A program made the position numbers and the translations under genes. From NCBI GenBank assembly GCA_963796455.1, contig CAWCLO010000004.1, positions 576,001-640,000 on the forward strand: DNA of 64,000 nt, read 5' to 3'. Origin of the DNA: Candidatus Sulfomarinibacteraceae bacterium (GTDB lineage Bacteria > Acidobacteriota > Thermoanaerobaculia > Thermoanaerobaculales > Sulfomarinibacteraceae). How positions within the stretch are numbered: position 1 is the stretch's first letter; each line of letters starts with the position of its first letter. Below the pieces are notes generated by a model. The model did no database searches, was not told where the DNA came from, and saw nothing but the letters and a program-made list of their open reading frames with translations. Below are positions 20,231 through 30,259 of this stretch, piece by piece.

Positions 20231-20718
20231 ATCAGCTCACACCAATCGTCGGAGTCACGGCGTTGCTCGGGTCCGCGCTGGTGGGCGGTGTCTTCTTTGC
20301 TTTCTCCAGCTTTGTGATGAAGGCACTGGCAAAAGTGCCCTCCTCGGAGGGGATTGCCGCGATGCAGTCGATCAACATCGTTGTGATCAACCCTTCGTTC
20401 CTCGGAGCATTCATAGGAACGGCTCTTTTGTCGCTCGTCATGGCCGGCCTCGCATTGGCAAGCGGAGGCCAGCCATCGACGGTGTACTTCCTGGGCGGTG
20501 CGATTTTCTATTTTGTCGGCACGTTTCTCGTCACGATATTCGGCAACGTTCCGCTCAACGATCAACTGGCCGCAGTCTCGGCGACAGATCCGGGTGCTGT
20601 CGAATTGTGGGCTCTCTACCTGAGCCGCTGGACGATGTGGAACCACGTCAGAACGGCTGCGGCCGTCATTGCGGCACTTCTCTATACCCTGGGCCTGATG
20701 CAGCAGGGGGGTGCTTGA
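20227..20718 (+). CDS. Anthrone oxygenase-family (DUF1772) membrane protein
   Basis: GVFFAFSSFVMKAL, AMQSIN, NVPLN, WTMWNHVR. Confidence 0.9.
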   Translation: MNQLTPIVGVTALLGSALVGGVFFAFSSFVMKALAKVPSSEGIAAMQSINIVVINPSFLGAFIGTALLSLVMAGLALASGGQPSTVYFLGGAIFYFVGTFLVTIFGNVPLNDQLAAVSATDPGAVELWALYLSRWTMWNHVRTAAAVIAALLYTLGLMQQGGA

Positions 20719-20850
20719 TGGGGTTTTGGGTTTTCACCGATGGCACCGTCGGCGCTCCATGGCACGTAAGAGGGTGCCTTCGAATTTGTGTCGCCCATAC
20801 CGGATGATGTGATGGGCTCCGTGTGTGCACACCTGTTACAATCTCTGATT

Positions 20851-21645
20851 ATGAGATTCACAATCAGTTTACTTTTCGTGGTGTCGCCGGTATTGGTGTG
20901 TGCGCAATCCATCTGGATTCCCTCGTCGCAATCTCCGCCGTCGCGAAGAGCGATGACCGACCCTCAGGCCGCTGAGCTGGTCGTGCCGCCGGGGTACGAG
21001 TTTCAGAGCCTGGACGAGTCCGGCAATTTCCGGACAGTCTCCGGCGGCAAACCCGTCAAGATCTCATGTGAGTGCAGCTCCGTCGGCGAATGCGTGCCCG
21101 TGTATATCGTGTACAACTCAGAATCCAAAGTGTTGGAATGTGGCGGAAGCTGTCTGATCTGCATCAAAAAGGTAGGTGGAGCGGTCGTCGTGTCGGCCGG
21201 TTTCGTGGAATCGAGGGCGGCTATCACCGTGGCGGCGGACGTTTCGCAGCTACCGCCGGTGTTCGAGGCGATGTTCCACGACGACGGCACGATGGCGTTG
21301 GTGGAAGGATTTGTTGCCGACGCATGGGGCGAGGCCGCACCTGTCGAATTCGAAGCGGGCGGCCAACGAGCGCAGGCGCCTCCAGGCACCGCCCTGGTCG
21401 GGGTGAACCTCCGGGGACACGGGCTCCTTGTGCTGGTCCCCGAGGGTTATGCCCGCACGATGGGCACGGGAACGGACTCCGGCAGTTGCAGCTGCACCGA
21501 GGGCGATTGCACGTTTCAAACCAAGACGCTTCCCGGTGGAGGCAGCATGTACTACTGCACCGGTGGCTGTAAAGGAGCCTGCACGCTTTTGGTCACCGGA
21601 ACGGTCCGACCGGTCGAAAGAGGCGTGCCGGTGCAGCGTCGATAG
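20851..21645 (+). CDS. Secreted Cys-rich hypothetical protein
   Basis: Signal peptide; two CxC-x4/5-C...C-GG-C modules. Confidence 0.65.
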   Translation: MRFTISLLFVVSPVLVCAQSIWIPSSQSPPSRRAMTDPQAAELVVPPGYEFQSLDESGNFRTVSGGKPVKISCECSSVGECVPVYIVYNSESKVLECGGSCLICIKKVGGAVVVSAGFVESRAAITVAADVSQLPPVFEAMFHDDGTMALVEGFVADAWGEAAPVEFEAGGQRAQAPPGTALVGVNLRGHGLLVLVPEGYARTMGTGTDSGSCSCTEGDCTFQTKTLPGGGSMYYCTGGCKGACTLLVTGTVRPVERGVPVQRR

Positions 21646-21681
21646 ACCTCTCAGAACGTCAACTGCCGGGTCCCCCTGTGA

Positions 21682-22740
21682 TCATCCGTCTTTCAGCGAC
21701 TTCATGTCGATGGAGAAGCGGTACTTCACATCTGACTTGAGCATGCGTTCGTAGGCTTCGTTGATCGTCCCGATCGGGATGACCTCGACATCGGAAGTGA
21801 TGTCGTGCTCCCCGCAGAAATCGAGCATCTCCTGGGTTTCGGCGATGCCGCCGATGAGCGAGCCGGAGATGCTCTTACGACCGAAGAGCAGGGCGAAGGC
21901 TGAAACGGGAAACGGTTTCTCGGGCGCCCCGACCAGGGTGATGTTGCCGTCGAGCCCGAGCAAACTGACATAGGCGTTGATGTCGTGATCGGCGGATATG
22001 GTGTCGAGGATGAAATTGAAGCTGCCCGCGTGCGCCTGCATCTGCTCGGCGTCTGTGGAAATGACGACTTCATGAGCGCCGAGGCGCAATGCGTCGTCCT
22101 TTTTGCCCGGCGAGGTGGTAAAAACCACCACGTGCGCGCCAAAGGCCCGCGCGAACTTCACTCCCATATGCCCCAGACCGCCGAGGCCCACAACGCCGAC
22201 CTTCTTGCCCTTGATGTCGCCCCACCGTTTGATCGGTGAGTAGGTGGTGATCCCGGCGCAGAGAAGCGGCGCGGCACCCGCCGGGTCGAGATTGGCGGGG
22301 ACGTTGAGCACGAAGCTCTCATCGACGACGATGCTTTCGGAGTAGCCGCCATAGGTCACGCCGCCGAGATGTTTGTCCGGTGCGTTGTATGTGAAGACCC
22401 CGTTGGGACAGAATTGTTCGACCCCATGATTGCAGGCGTCGCAGCTGTGGTCCGAATCGACCAGGCAGCCGACCCCCACGACTTCTCCCTCTTTGAACTT
22501 CGTGACGGCCGAACCGACCTTGACGACGCGGCCGACGATTTCGTGGCCGGGAACGCACGGATAGGTGGTGGGCATGAAGCTGCTCCACTCATCGCGCACC
22601 GTATGGAGATCCGAGTGGCAGATGCCGCAGAACATGATCTCGATCTGCACGTCACGATCGGTGGGATCGCGGCGTTGAATGGTGTCGGGAGCGAGGGGCT
22701 CGGCGGCGCTGGCCGCAGAATAGGCTTTCACTTTGTTCAT
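21682..22740 (-). CDS. Zn-dependent NAD(P) alcohol dehydrogenase (YahK/cinnamyl ADH-like)
   Basis: CGICHSD, PGHEIVG, APLLCAGITTYSP, GLGGLGHM, DVKYRF. Confidence 0.95.
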   Translation of the reverse strand: MNKVKAYSAASAAEPLAPDTIQRRDPTDRDVQIEIMFCGICHSDLHTVRDEWSSFMPTTYPCVPGHEIVGRVVKVGSAVTKFKEGEVVGVGCLVDSDHSCDACNHGVEQFCPNGVFTYNAPDKHLGGVTYGGYSESIVVDESFVLNVPANLDPAGAAPLLCAGITTYSPIKRWGDIKGKKVGVVGLGGLGHMGVKFARAFGAHVVVFTTSPGKKDDALRLGAHEVVISTDAEQMQAHAGSFNFILDTISADHDINAYVSLLGLDGNITLVGAPEKPFPVSAFALLFGRKSISGSLIGGIAETQEMLDFCGEHDITSDVEVIPIGTINEAYERMLKSDVKYRFSIDMKSLKDG

Positions 22741-22829
22741 GGTGTTCTCCAGTTTCTTTTTTGAGGTCCGATGCCTTCGGGTTATTCCAAGCGGCATCTC
22801 TTCAGAAAAATTCCTGGGCGATGGTCCCC

Positions 22830-22940
22830 ACCTGCTCGCTCCTTCGATTCCGTTCCGGTCAGGGGCCGTCTTTCCGTTCCGTCGATGTTCATGACCCAGA
22901 TATGTTTGCCGTTGTTTCTATATGCAGCGAAACAGGTTTT
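22830..22940 (-). pseudogene. Short TolB/PD40-repeat gene fragment
   Basis: FAAYRNNGKHIWVMNIDGTERRPLT resembles one repeat of the 32124-33029 protein. Confidence 0.45.
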
Positions 22941-23054
22941 GCGTTTATGAGATGACGGATCGACGTCCCGTTTTGACGAAGCCAACTGTGATTTGCACCA
23001 CCTTGAATCGACGGGCCCTCGGGATACGATTGTGTTGGTGGGAGGTCGGCGAGG

Positions 23055-24008
23055 ATGCGATCACCGGTTCGGATGGCTGTGGCGTGCTGGCTACAGTGCC
23101 TTGCACTGGTCGCCGCGGTCGGTGGCGCCCAGGAGACCGTTCACTTCACGGTTACGGCCGATGCCCGAGCGAATCACACCGACTACGAGGCAGTGCTGGA
23201 GGCAATGAACAACCTGGTCGGCGGCCAGGGTGACTTCCAGGTGTCGCCGGGTGACATGGACGGCCGCGTCTGGGACAACCGGGTCGTGGTGGATTGGTAT
23301 GCGGGAGCCTCCGCTGTTTGGATCCCCGGGGTCGGCAATCACGAGGCCGAGGATCCGGTTGAGATGGAGTGGGTCCGGTCTGAGTTCCTTAATGGCAACG
23401 GAGAGCGGACGCCACTCCAGAATCTGGTGGTCCGGGCCGGGCCCGCGGGCAGCCAGGAGACCACTTTCAGTTGGGATGTGGGCAATGCCCATTTTGTATA
23501 CCTCAACCAATACTGGGACGGCACCGCGAGTTCCGGGAGCGACGTGGCAACCGACGGCGACGTGGTCCCGGAGCTGCTGGCGTGGCTTCGAAACGATCTC
23601 GAGGCCAACACGTTGCCGGCGGTGTTCGTCTTCGGCCACGAACCGGCCTTTCCCATGTACCGCCACCTCGACGACAGTCTCAACGCGCACGCGACCAACC
23701 GCGACGCTTTTTGGACGCTGCTCGAGGAGAAGTCAGTAGTGGCGTACATCTGTGGCCACACCCACGTTTTCAGCACTTACAGGCCCGAAGGGGGACGGGT
23801 TTGGCAGATCGACGTCGGAAATGCGGGCAACGACTCCAGCTTTGACGATGGCCAGACCTTTCTCTCGGTGACTGTCGACGCCTCGCAGGTGGGTTTCGAG
23901 ATCTGCCGAAACAGCGAGGGCTCGTTCTCGTGCGATTCGAGCTGGTCCGAGGCCATCCCGATCGTGTTCAAGGATGGCTTCGAGTCGGGCGACTCCGGAA
24001 AGTGGTGA
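23055..24008 (+). CDS. Secreted calcineurin-like metallophosphoesterase with C-terminal VFKDGFESGDSGKW
   Basis: DxR, GD, GNHE, GHEP, GHTH motifs. Confidence 0.88.
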   Translation: MRSPVRMAVACWLQCLALVAAVGGAQETVHFTVTADARANHTDYEAVLEAMNNLVGGQGDFQVSPGDMDGRVWDNRVVVDWYAGASAVWIPGVGNHEAEDPVEMEWVRSEFLNGNGERTPLQNLVVRAGPAGSQETTFSWDVGNAHFVYLNQYWDGTASSGSDVATDGDVVPELLAWLRNDLEANTLPAVFVFGHEPAFPMYRHLDDSLNAHATNRDAFWTLLEEKSVVAYICGHTHVFSTYRPEGGRVWQIDVGNAGNDSSFDDGQTFLSVTVDASQVGFEICRNSEGSFSCDSSWSEAIPIVFKDGFESGDSGKW

Positions 24009-24113
24009 GACGTGGCACTGGCGTGCCAACCGTTCAATCGTCACAAGATCCGAAGCAAAGTCATGGAATTGTGCCCCTCACCCATGATGAGGGTGCGCCG
24101 CTTTGACGACGGG

Positions 24114-25577
24114 CTACAGACCAAGAGCCATCGCCAGGGCGATCAAGGCCATTTGTATCACGAACAGAATTCCGGCCAGAGGTAGAAACCACTTCCACCA
24201 CTTTTGGATTGGAATGCCACCGAGGGCACAGATGATCACACAGCCGCATGTGGGCCAGACCAGGTTGGAAAGCCCGTCACCGAACTGAAAGGCCAGAACT
24301 GCAACCTGGCGGCTCACTCCGAGCATGTCGGCGAGCGGCGCCATGATCGGCATCGTTGCGGCCGCCTGCCCACTGCCCGATGGAATAAAGAAATTCAGCA
24401 CTGTTTGAGCCACCAGCATGGTCTGGGCCGACACCACTGAAGGGAGGCCCTTCAAGCTGTTCGACAAGGCGAAGATGATCGTGTCTTTGATCTGGGCGTC
24501 CTCCATGACGACGACGATCGCCTTGGCGACACCCGTCAGAAGACCGCCCCAGACGATGGTCTTGACCCCGACCATGAATTCGTCGACCCAACGGTTGGGA
24601 GACCAGCCGGCAATGCCGGCGGCGATGATGGACATGATGATGAACAACCCGGCCAGTTCCCCGTAACCCCACCCCAGTTTCATCATCCCGTACATCAGGA
24701 AACCGAGGGTTGCCAGGACGGTGATGATGATCAATACGGCTTTCGTGTCCATCCTGTACTGCTCGAGGTCTTCCTTTTTGAGCGCATGGATGGACTCTTG
24801 TCCAAAGACCACGGAAAGGCGAGGGTTTCTTTGAGTCCTCTTTCCGTAGACGATGACGTACGCCGAACAGGCGAAGATGAAGCACACCAGGGCGAAGACG
24901 CGAAAACCGGTGGCCGAATAGATGGGAACCGCTGCGATGGATTGGGCGACAGCAACTGTATAGGGATTGAAGGTGGCTCCCATGAACCCGACGTACATGC
25001 CCAGGGCGATGATCGAAAAACCATACATCGCGTCATAGCCCATGGCGACACCCAGCCCGACCATCAGTGGAATGAAACCGTAGAACTCGCTCAACATCCC
25101 GAACATCGAGCTCCCGAGGGCAAAGACCGACATCAGAATCGGCACCAACACTACGTCCTTGTTGCCCATCTTCCGAAGTACCGTGCCGATCCCGGCATGG
25201 AAGGCCCCTGTCTTGACGAGAATGCCGAATGTGCCCGCACACGTGAAGATCACGAAGATGATATCCGCCGCATCGACGCAGCCGGTATAGAGAGACTTGA
25301 AATAGGCGAGGAAACCCGTCGGGTTGGACTCCGACTCGTCCAGATAATGGAAAGTACCGTCGATGGCGATCTTCTTCATTCTGCCGTTGACGTCCACCTC
25401 TTCATAATCGTAGCTTCCCGGTGGAATCACCCAGGTCAGGGCCGCCATGATCAACACGATGACGGCCACGATAATGTACGTGTCGGGCATGGCGAGTTTT
25501 CGTTTTTTGGTGGGGGCTGTGTTCTCGGGAGAGGTGCCCTCGTTCTCTGATTCCTCGTTCACCGCGGCCTCCGACAA
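24114..25577 (-). CDS. YfcC/DcuC-like (AbgT-related) secondary transporter
   Basis: MPDTY...TWVIPPGSY, NPYTVAVAQSIA, PSGSGQA, AFQFGDG; many TM helices; start uncertain. Confidence 0.88.
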   Translation of the reverse strand: MSEAAVNEESENEGTSPENTAPTKKRKLAMPDTYIIVAVIVLIMAALTWVIPPGSYDYEEVDVNGRMKKIAIDGTFHYLDESESNPTGFLAYFKSLYTGCVDAADIIFVIFTCAGTFGILVKTGAFHAGIGTVLRKMGNKDVVLVPILMSVFALGSSMFGMLSEFYGFIPLMVGLGVAMGYDAMYGFSIIALGMYVGFMGATFNPYTVAVAQSIAAVPIYSATGFRVFALVCFIFACSAYVIVYGKRTQRNPRLSVVFGQESIHALKKEDLEQYRMDTKAVLIIITVLATLGFLMYGMMKLGWGYGELAGLFIIMSIIAAGIAGWSPNRWVDEFMVGVKTIVWGGLLTGVAKAIVVVMEDAQIKDTIIFALSNSLKGLPSVVSAQTMLVAQTVLNFFIPSGSGQAAATMPIMAPLADMLGVSRQVAVLAFQFGDGLSNLVWPTCGCVIICALGGIPIQKWWKWFLPLAGILFVIQMALIALAMALGL

Positions 25578-25686
25578 TGAATAAGGAAAGGTTTTTTCCT
25601 TTCCTGGTACCGGTCACCTTAGCAGGGTGACACCCGTGCTGCGCCCAGCATTCATAGCGGTGGGGCTGAATCCGGGAATTGATTCC

Positions 25687-26481
25687 TCAGGGTTGGAACG
25701 CGGCCTGGATCATATCGTAGGGACCGCTGCTGCCATCCGGTTGGTAATCCACCAGCACCACCGAGTGCAGCTTGTTCCAATCGACGGTCATGCCGGACAG
25801 ATCCACCACCAGGTTGAAAGTGTCGGTGGCGCCGTCGGCCAACGAAGCAATGCTGTCCCAGGAAGCCTCACGGACGTAGCGATCGGTCACCCTGGCAATA
25901 CCGTCCGGAGAATCCTCGAAGGCAATGGCGTGCACCTTGGCGCGGTTTGCGGTCGACAGAGTCACTCCGGTTTTGTTGGTGACCTGGATCGTGAATTCGA
26001 AGGTGTCGTCGACTCGCTGTCTTTGCACCGTGATCGCACCTTCAGGCGCGCGGGCGAGGGCGGTCTCGACGAGCGCGCGGTAGTCCGTGCTGTAGTCGGT
26101 GGGCCCCATCGACCACAGATTTCCGCTGTCGAGAATGATCAGGGGAAAAGCGTAACTCGAACCCGGAATGGCGTAATAGACCCTCGAAAGGCGGTCGCCT
26201 CGCGAGTCGTAATAGTAGTTCTCGAGAAACACAATCGGCTGCTGCGTGTAGTCCGAGGAGATATGGTCGACCACCGGACCGGCGGCCTGGCAGTGGCCTC
26301 AGCCGGGGTTGTAAAAACCCTCGAAGACCACAAATCGGGTCGGCTGCTCCCAGGGTGTGGTTGCCCCGCTTTCGAAGCCATCGCTGAAAATGGCGTTGAT
26401 GCCGGCGGGCACAGGCCCCACGGCAAGCATGGCCGCGAGCAGAATAGGCGCGATTCGAAGAAAAGACGGCATCAGCGTCAT
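25687..26481 (-). CDS. Secreted thioredoxin-fold/Omp28-like selenoprotein candidate (UxxC)
   Basis: ORFs 26299-26550 and 25687-26274 are in frame across TGA 26299-26301: VVFEGFYNPG-U-GHCQAAGPVVD; later YAFP (cis-Pro-like) and beta-rich C-terminus. Confidence 0.8.
26269..26287 (-). promoter_or_regulatory. Putative bacterial SECIS hairpin
   Basis: GGCCGCC-GGUCC-GGUGGUC starting 12 nt after the UGA; apical loop begins GGUC. Confidence 0.6.
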
Positions 26482-26779
26482 CCTGCGAGGCCCGCTCGGT
26501 AATTCGGAAGATATTCTGGTCTGACTAACTACAGTGTTGATGGAAGTCATATCTCAATTCTAGTTGATGGATCGACACTGTCTGTGACGGGGATCAGCCC
26601 CGACTTCGAAATCTGGAGGGCGGGGAGGGGTGCCAAGTATCGCGATGTCAGCCGTGGGCATTCTTTCTGGTCGTTCCGACAGCGACGCATTCGGCGAAAC
26701 AAATGCCGGTTTTGAACGTACTAAAATTTTAGTAGCGCGTGGGCGGGACCTTCTCGAGGGTGCTCAAACGGAGGTGTTG

Positions 26780-27634
26780 ATGAAGTATTGCGCCGGCCTC
26801 ATTGTCGGGATCGCTGCGCTGTCCTTCGGGTACGCGACGGCCGGCCAACCGGCAATTGTCATCTACGTCGCCAACGAAGGTTTTTTGATCGAGGTGGGCT
26901 CTCGAAAAATCCTGATCGATGCCATCTTCGATGACCAATCGATTACATACGCCCACGTTCCGGACGAAGAGACGCTCAACCTGATGAAGGCTTCAAAGGA
27001 CCCCTTCGACGAGATCGATCTCGTGCTGGCCACGCACTCGCACCGGGATCATTTCAGCGTCGCACCGATGCTGGAGCATCTCGATGGGAATCCTTCAGGT
27101 GTGTTGATCGGTCCGCCGCAGGTTGTGGGGTCTCTGAAGGCCTCCGTGCCGGAGGGCGAGAGTGCCGGCATCACGGCTCGAGAGATCGATCTCGATCTCT
27201 TCGAGTCCGCAGATCTCGAGATCGACGGGATTCGGGTCCGGGCCATCCGGCTCCGCCACTCCGCTTACATGGAGACTGATAAGGAAACCGGGGAGCAGTT
27301 CAATCGCCACGAAGGAGTCGAAAACCTGGTCTATTTGATTGAAATCGACGGCTTCACAATGCTCCACGTCGGAGATGCCGTTCTGTCTCAGAACCTCGAG
27401 CTCTTCTCGGATGGCCGATTCGAGAACGAAAAGATCGACATTGTATTCCTGGAGTTCTTCGACTGGTCTGATGAAACAAAGGCTGTTCTGGATCGGTGGA
27501 TGACGCCCGATGACATTGTCTTCATGCATCTTCCCCCGGACCCCGAGAAGATCCTCAAGATCGAAGCGCGCCTTCTCCAGCAGTTTCCCAACGCCGTGGT
27601 GTTTGCGGAGCCGATGGAAGAGAAGGCGCTCTAG
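26780..27634 (+). CDS. Secreted MBL-fold metallo-hydrolase
   Basis: ANEGFLI, THSHRDH (HxHxDH), LHVGD; GGAGG RBS; signal peptide. Confidence 0.88.
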   Translation: MKYCAGLIVGIAALSFGYATAGQPAIVIYVANEGFLIEVGSRKILIDAIFDDQSITYAHVPDEETLNLMKASKDPFDEIDLVLATHSHRDHFSVAPMLEHLDGNPSGVLIGPPQVVGSLKASVPEGESAGITAREIDLDLFESADLEIDGIRVRAIRLRHSAYMETDKETGEQFNRHEGVENLVYLIEIDGFTMLHVGDAVLSQNLELFSDGRFENEKIDIVFLEFFDWSDETKAVLDRWMTPDDIVFMHLPPDPEKILKIEARLLQQFPNAVVFAEPMEEKAL

Positions 27635-27761
27635 GGTCGATGCTCATTTCCCAATCGGGGTTTTCGGGCGGCCACGTATCACATTGCCACGTCAGCGGAC
27701 ACAACGTCGTTGAGTTGCCCATCGGACCGAAGGATCCCGTGGTGAGTCGCATCCCTGAGTG

Positions 27762-28601
27762 CTAGTCACTGGCTTCGAGGCGTTGGATCTCCTCATTGAT
27801 GAGTTCTCTAGAGCGCTCGTCTGACCAGGGTTCTTCAATATGCTCAACCTTCGGATCCGGTGTTCCTGCTTCGTCAGATTTCGCGAAAATCAGAGGGGTC
27901 AGGAATGTGGGTTCGATGAGATTCGAAGAATACCAGCTCTTGAACTCTTCTGCAGTCCGCGCGTGGTATACATTCCTCCACTTGTCGAGGGTGATGTCAA
28001 AAAATACTGGACGGTCGAGTTTGATGTGTTCGTTTGAAATTCGATCATCAAAATAGGTCATCCGAACTTCGAGGAAGATCCAGATGTCCGCCGCCACGAG
28101 GCGCATCTCGCCGCCAGTGTACTTTTCAAAATGGGCGACGAATTGAGGCTGAGCGGTCCCCGATTCGTCGTGGAACTGAAACATCAACATTTCGCGTGAA
28201 TCGCAATAGAAATCTGCGAACGATGTTAGGGGTTTCACGTCATACTTCTCGAAGCTGTCCAGGAATGCCTTTTCTGAATACACCGTGCGACCGTTGACGC
28301 CCCCAAAAACTTTACATCCTGAGACGAACGAAGTGGCCGAATGAGCTTGCCCGTCACGATCGAACAACCTTTTCCTGATCTCGAGAAACGGCCATGGAAG
28401 ACCATCTGCGAGGTATTCGTGCCAAATGAAGGAATAGGTGATATTTGCACCGCTGGTCACTCGCAACATCCCGTCGGCGTGCATGAAGACATCATCGACG
28501 TAATCCGATCTCGAATACGTACTCGGCGGTCCATCCAGAATGGGCATTCCCACCTCCACTTCTCTTTCCCAGGGCGAATTCAGATCTCGCCGCTGTAACA
28601 A
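27762..28601 (-). CDS. Hypothetical protein
   Basis: 279-codon ORF, visibly lower GC than neighbours; AAGGA upstream of TTG; no recognised motif. Confidence 0.55.
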   Translation of the reverse strand: MLQRRDLNSPWEREVEVGMPILDGPPSTYSRSDYVDDVFMHADGMLRVTSGANITYSFIWHEYLADGLPWPFLEIRKRLFDRDGQAHSATSFVSGCKVFGGVNGRTVYSEKAFLDSFEKYDVKPLTSFADFYCDSREMLMFQFHDESGTAQPQFVAHFEKYTGGEMRLVAADIWIFLEVRMTYFDDRISNEHIKLDRPVFFDITLDKWRNVYHARTAEEFKSWYSSNLIEPTFLTPLIFAKSDEAGTPDPKVEHIEEPWSDERSRELINEEIQRLEASD

Positions 28602-28789
28602 TCAGGAGTTCCTTTTCATAATAGCGTGGGGTGCCACTTGCACGGAGCGTGGGCACCGTCGTGACGTCCATGCCTGAAAGAGTGGAGGCCTTGCATGAGG
28701 GAACACTTCGCCCCAGTGTTTTGTTATTCGGGAAAACATCGACAAACGGCGGCACCTTGAATCACGATTCTGAATTTGATGAAACCCTG

Positions 28790-30097
28790 ATGGAGAGACA
28801 GCGACCGGTTGCCGGGATCGCATGGGGAGTCACCCTTTGTCTGATCCTCCTTGCTGGACAGGCCCATGCGCACGTGGCTCTCGACTCCCCCAACGGGGGG
28901 GAAATGCTCGAAGCCGGATCCGTTGCTCAGATTGTCTGGCACGATGTGGTGGCGCATGGACCGGCGGACTACGATCTCTGGTACTCAACGACTGGTCCGG
29001 ATGGTCCCTGGATCGCCATCGCGAGTGATCTTCCACCATCAGGATCTGAGAACACCTCATACGATTGGGTGGTTCCCGCTTCACCGTCCGACCGGGTTCG
29101 TCTCCGGGTGCGACAGGACAACGCCGACGAGGACTATCTGGACATCAGTGATTCGGACCTGGCGATCGTCAGTTTTCTGGCGGGTCAATCGGTCGAACTC
29201 GAAGCCGCGAAAGATGCCACGATTTATGAAGAGGAAAACGGCACTCCTGCGAACGGCTCTGGCAGTTACCTTTTCACCGGCCGCGCTGCGACACAAAATG
29301 CTTCGGCCGAACGGCGGGCATTGCTCGCGTTCCCGATCTCTCAGTCGATTCCCGAGGGTTCGACAATCACTTCAGTGAGCCTCGAGTTGACCATGTCGCG
29401 GACCATCTCGGGAGGCCAGACAGTGACGCTTCACCGGCTGCTCGAGGATTGGGGTGAGGGTCCATCAGATCCACCTGGGCAAGAGGGGGCAGGCGCAACG
29501 GCGGCGGCGGGCGACGCCACCTGGATGCATCGAGTGTTCTCGGAAACCCTCTGGTCGACACCCGGGTCCTCATTCGCGCAAACGGCGAGCGCTGAGTTGC
29601 AGGTCGCCGGCACGGGCAGTTACACATTTTCGAACAATCCTGAGCTGGTTGCCGACGTCCAACAGTGGCTTGACGAAGCTTCCAGCAATTTCGGTTGGGT
29701 GCTCGTGATCGACTCGCCCTTTTCAGGCAGTGCGAAGCGTTTCAACAGCCGGGAAAACGGCACGGCATCCAGCCGTCCAAAGCTGACCATTCGATATGAA
29801 TCCGATCTCAAGCAACCAACCGCCGGTTTCGGTTTCGCTCCAGCCAGCCCGCAACCCGGTGAAGAGGTGCGTTTCAGCGACGAATCGACTGGTGCACCGA
29901 CGAGCTGGCTCTGGGACTTCGGAGACGGTCAGACCAGCGAACAACAAAACCCGGTTCACACCTACCCGACCTCTGGAAGCCGGACCGTGACCCTCGTGGT
30001 GAGCAACGATTCCGGTACGGACTCCGTTGCTAAAGAGGTGAACATTGGCGGTTCTCCGGTGCGCCGGCCTTCGCGGCGAGTGGTGCCCATTCGTTGA
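28790..30097 (+). CDS. Secreted multidomain protein (Ig-like, DNRLRE-like, PKD) with basic C-terminal tail
   Basis: SPNGGE...YDWVVP; KDATIYE...RALLAF...NFGW...RPKLTI; WDFGDG...NPVHTY; tail VRRPSRRVVP. Confidence 0.8.
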   Translation: MERQRPVAGIAWGVTLCLILLAGQAHAHVALDSPNGGEMLEAGSVAQIVWHDVVAHGPADYDLWYSTTGPDGPWIAIASDLPPSGSENTSYDWVVPASPSDRVRLRVRQDNADEDYLDISDSDLAIVSFLAGQSVELEAAKDATIYEEENGTPANGSGSYLFTGRAATQNASAERRALLAFPISQSIPEGSTITSVSLELTMSRTISGGQTVTLHRLLEDWGEGPSDPPGQEGAGATAAAGDATWMHRVFSETLWSTPGSSFAQTASAELQVAGTGSYTFSNNPELVADVQQWLDEASSNFGWVLVIDSPFSGSAKRFNSRENGTASSRPKLTIRYESDLKQPTAGFGFAPASPQPGEEVRFSDESTGAPTSWLWDFGDGQTSEQQNPVHTYPTSGSRTVTLVVSNDSGTDSVAKEVNIGGSPVRRPSRRVVPIR

Positions 30098-30259
30098 CCT
30101 CCAGGGATCCACCCACGAGGTGGAACCTTGCAATGCTCCGGTCGTCCCGCCATAGGCCATTACTTGAAGCCTGTTGCGCCCTCACTTCGGGACGCGTGTT
30201 ACGGGGCAAATTTCGCCGGACCCATTTGTGTGTTCCGGTTCTCCGGTGGGCCAGAGAAT

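Noticed and set aside
28602..28604. In-frame TGA between ORF 28602-28823 and ORF 27762-28601 as possible Sec
   Set aside because: No Cys/redox context (MKRNS*LLQRR), upstream frame looks non-coding, and AAGGA fits an RBS for the TTG start
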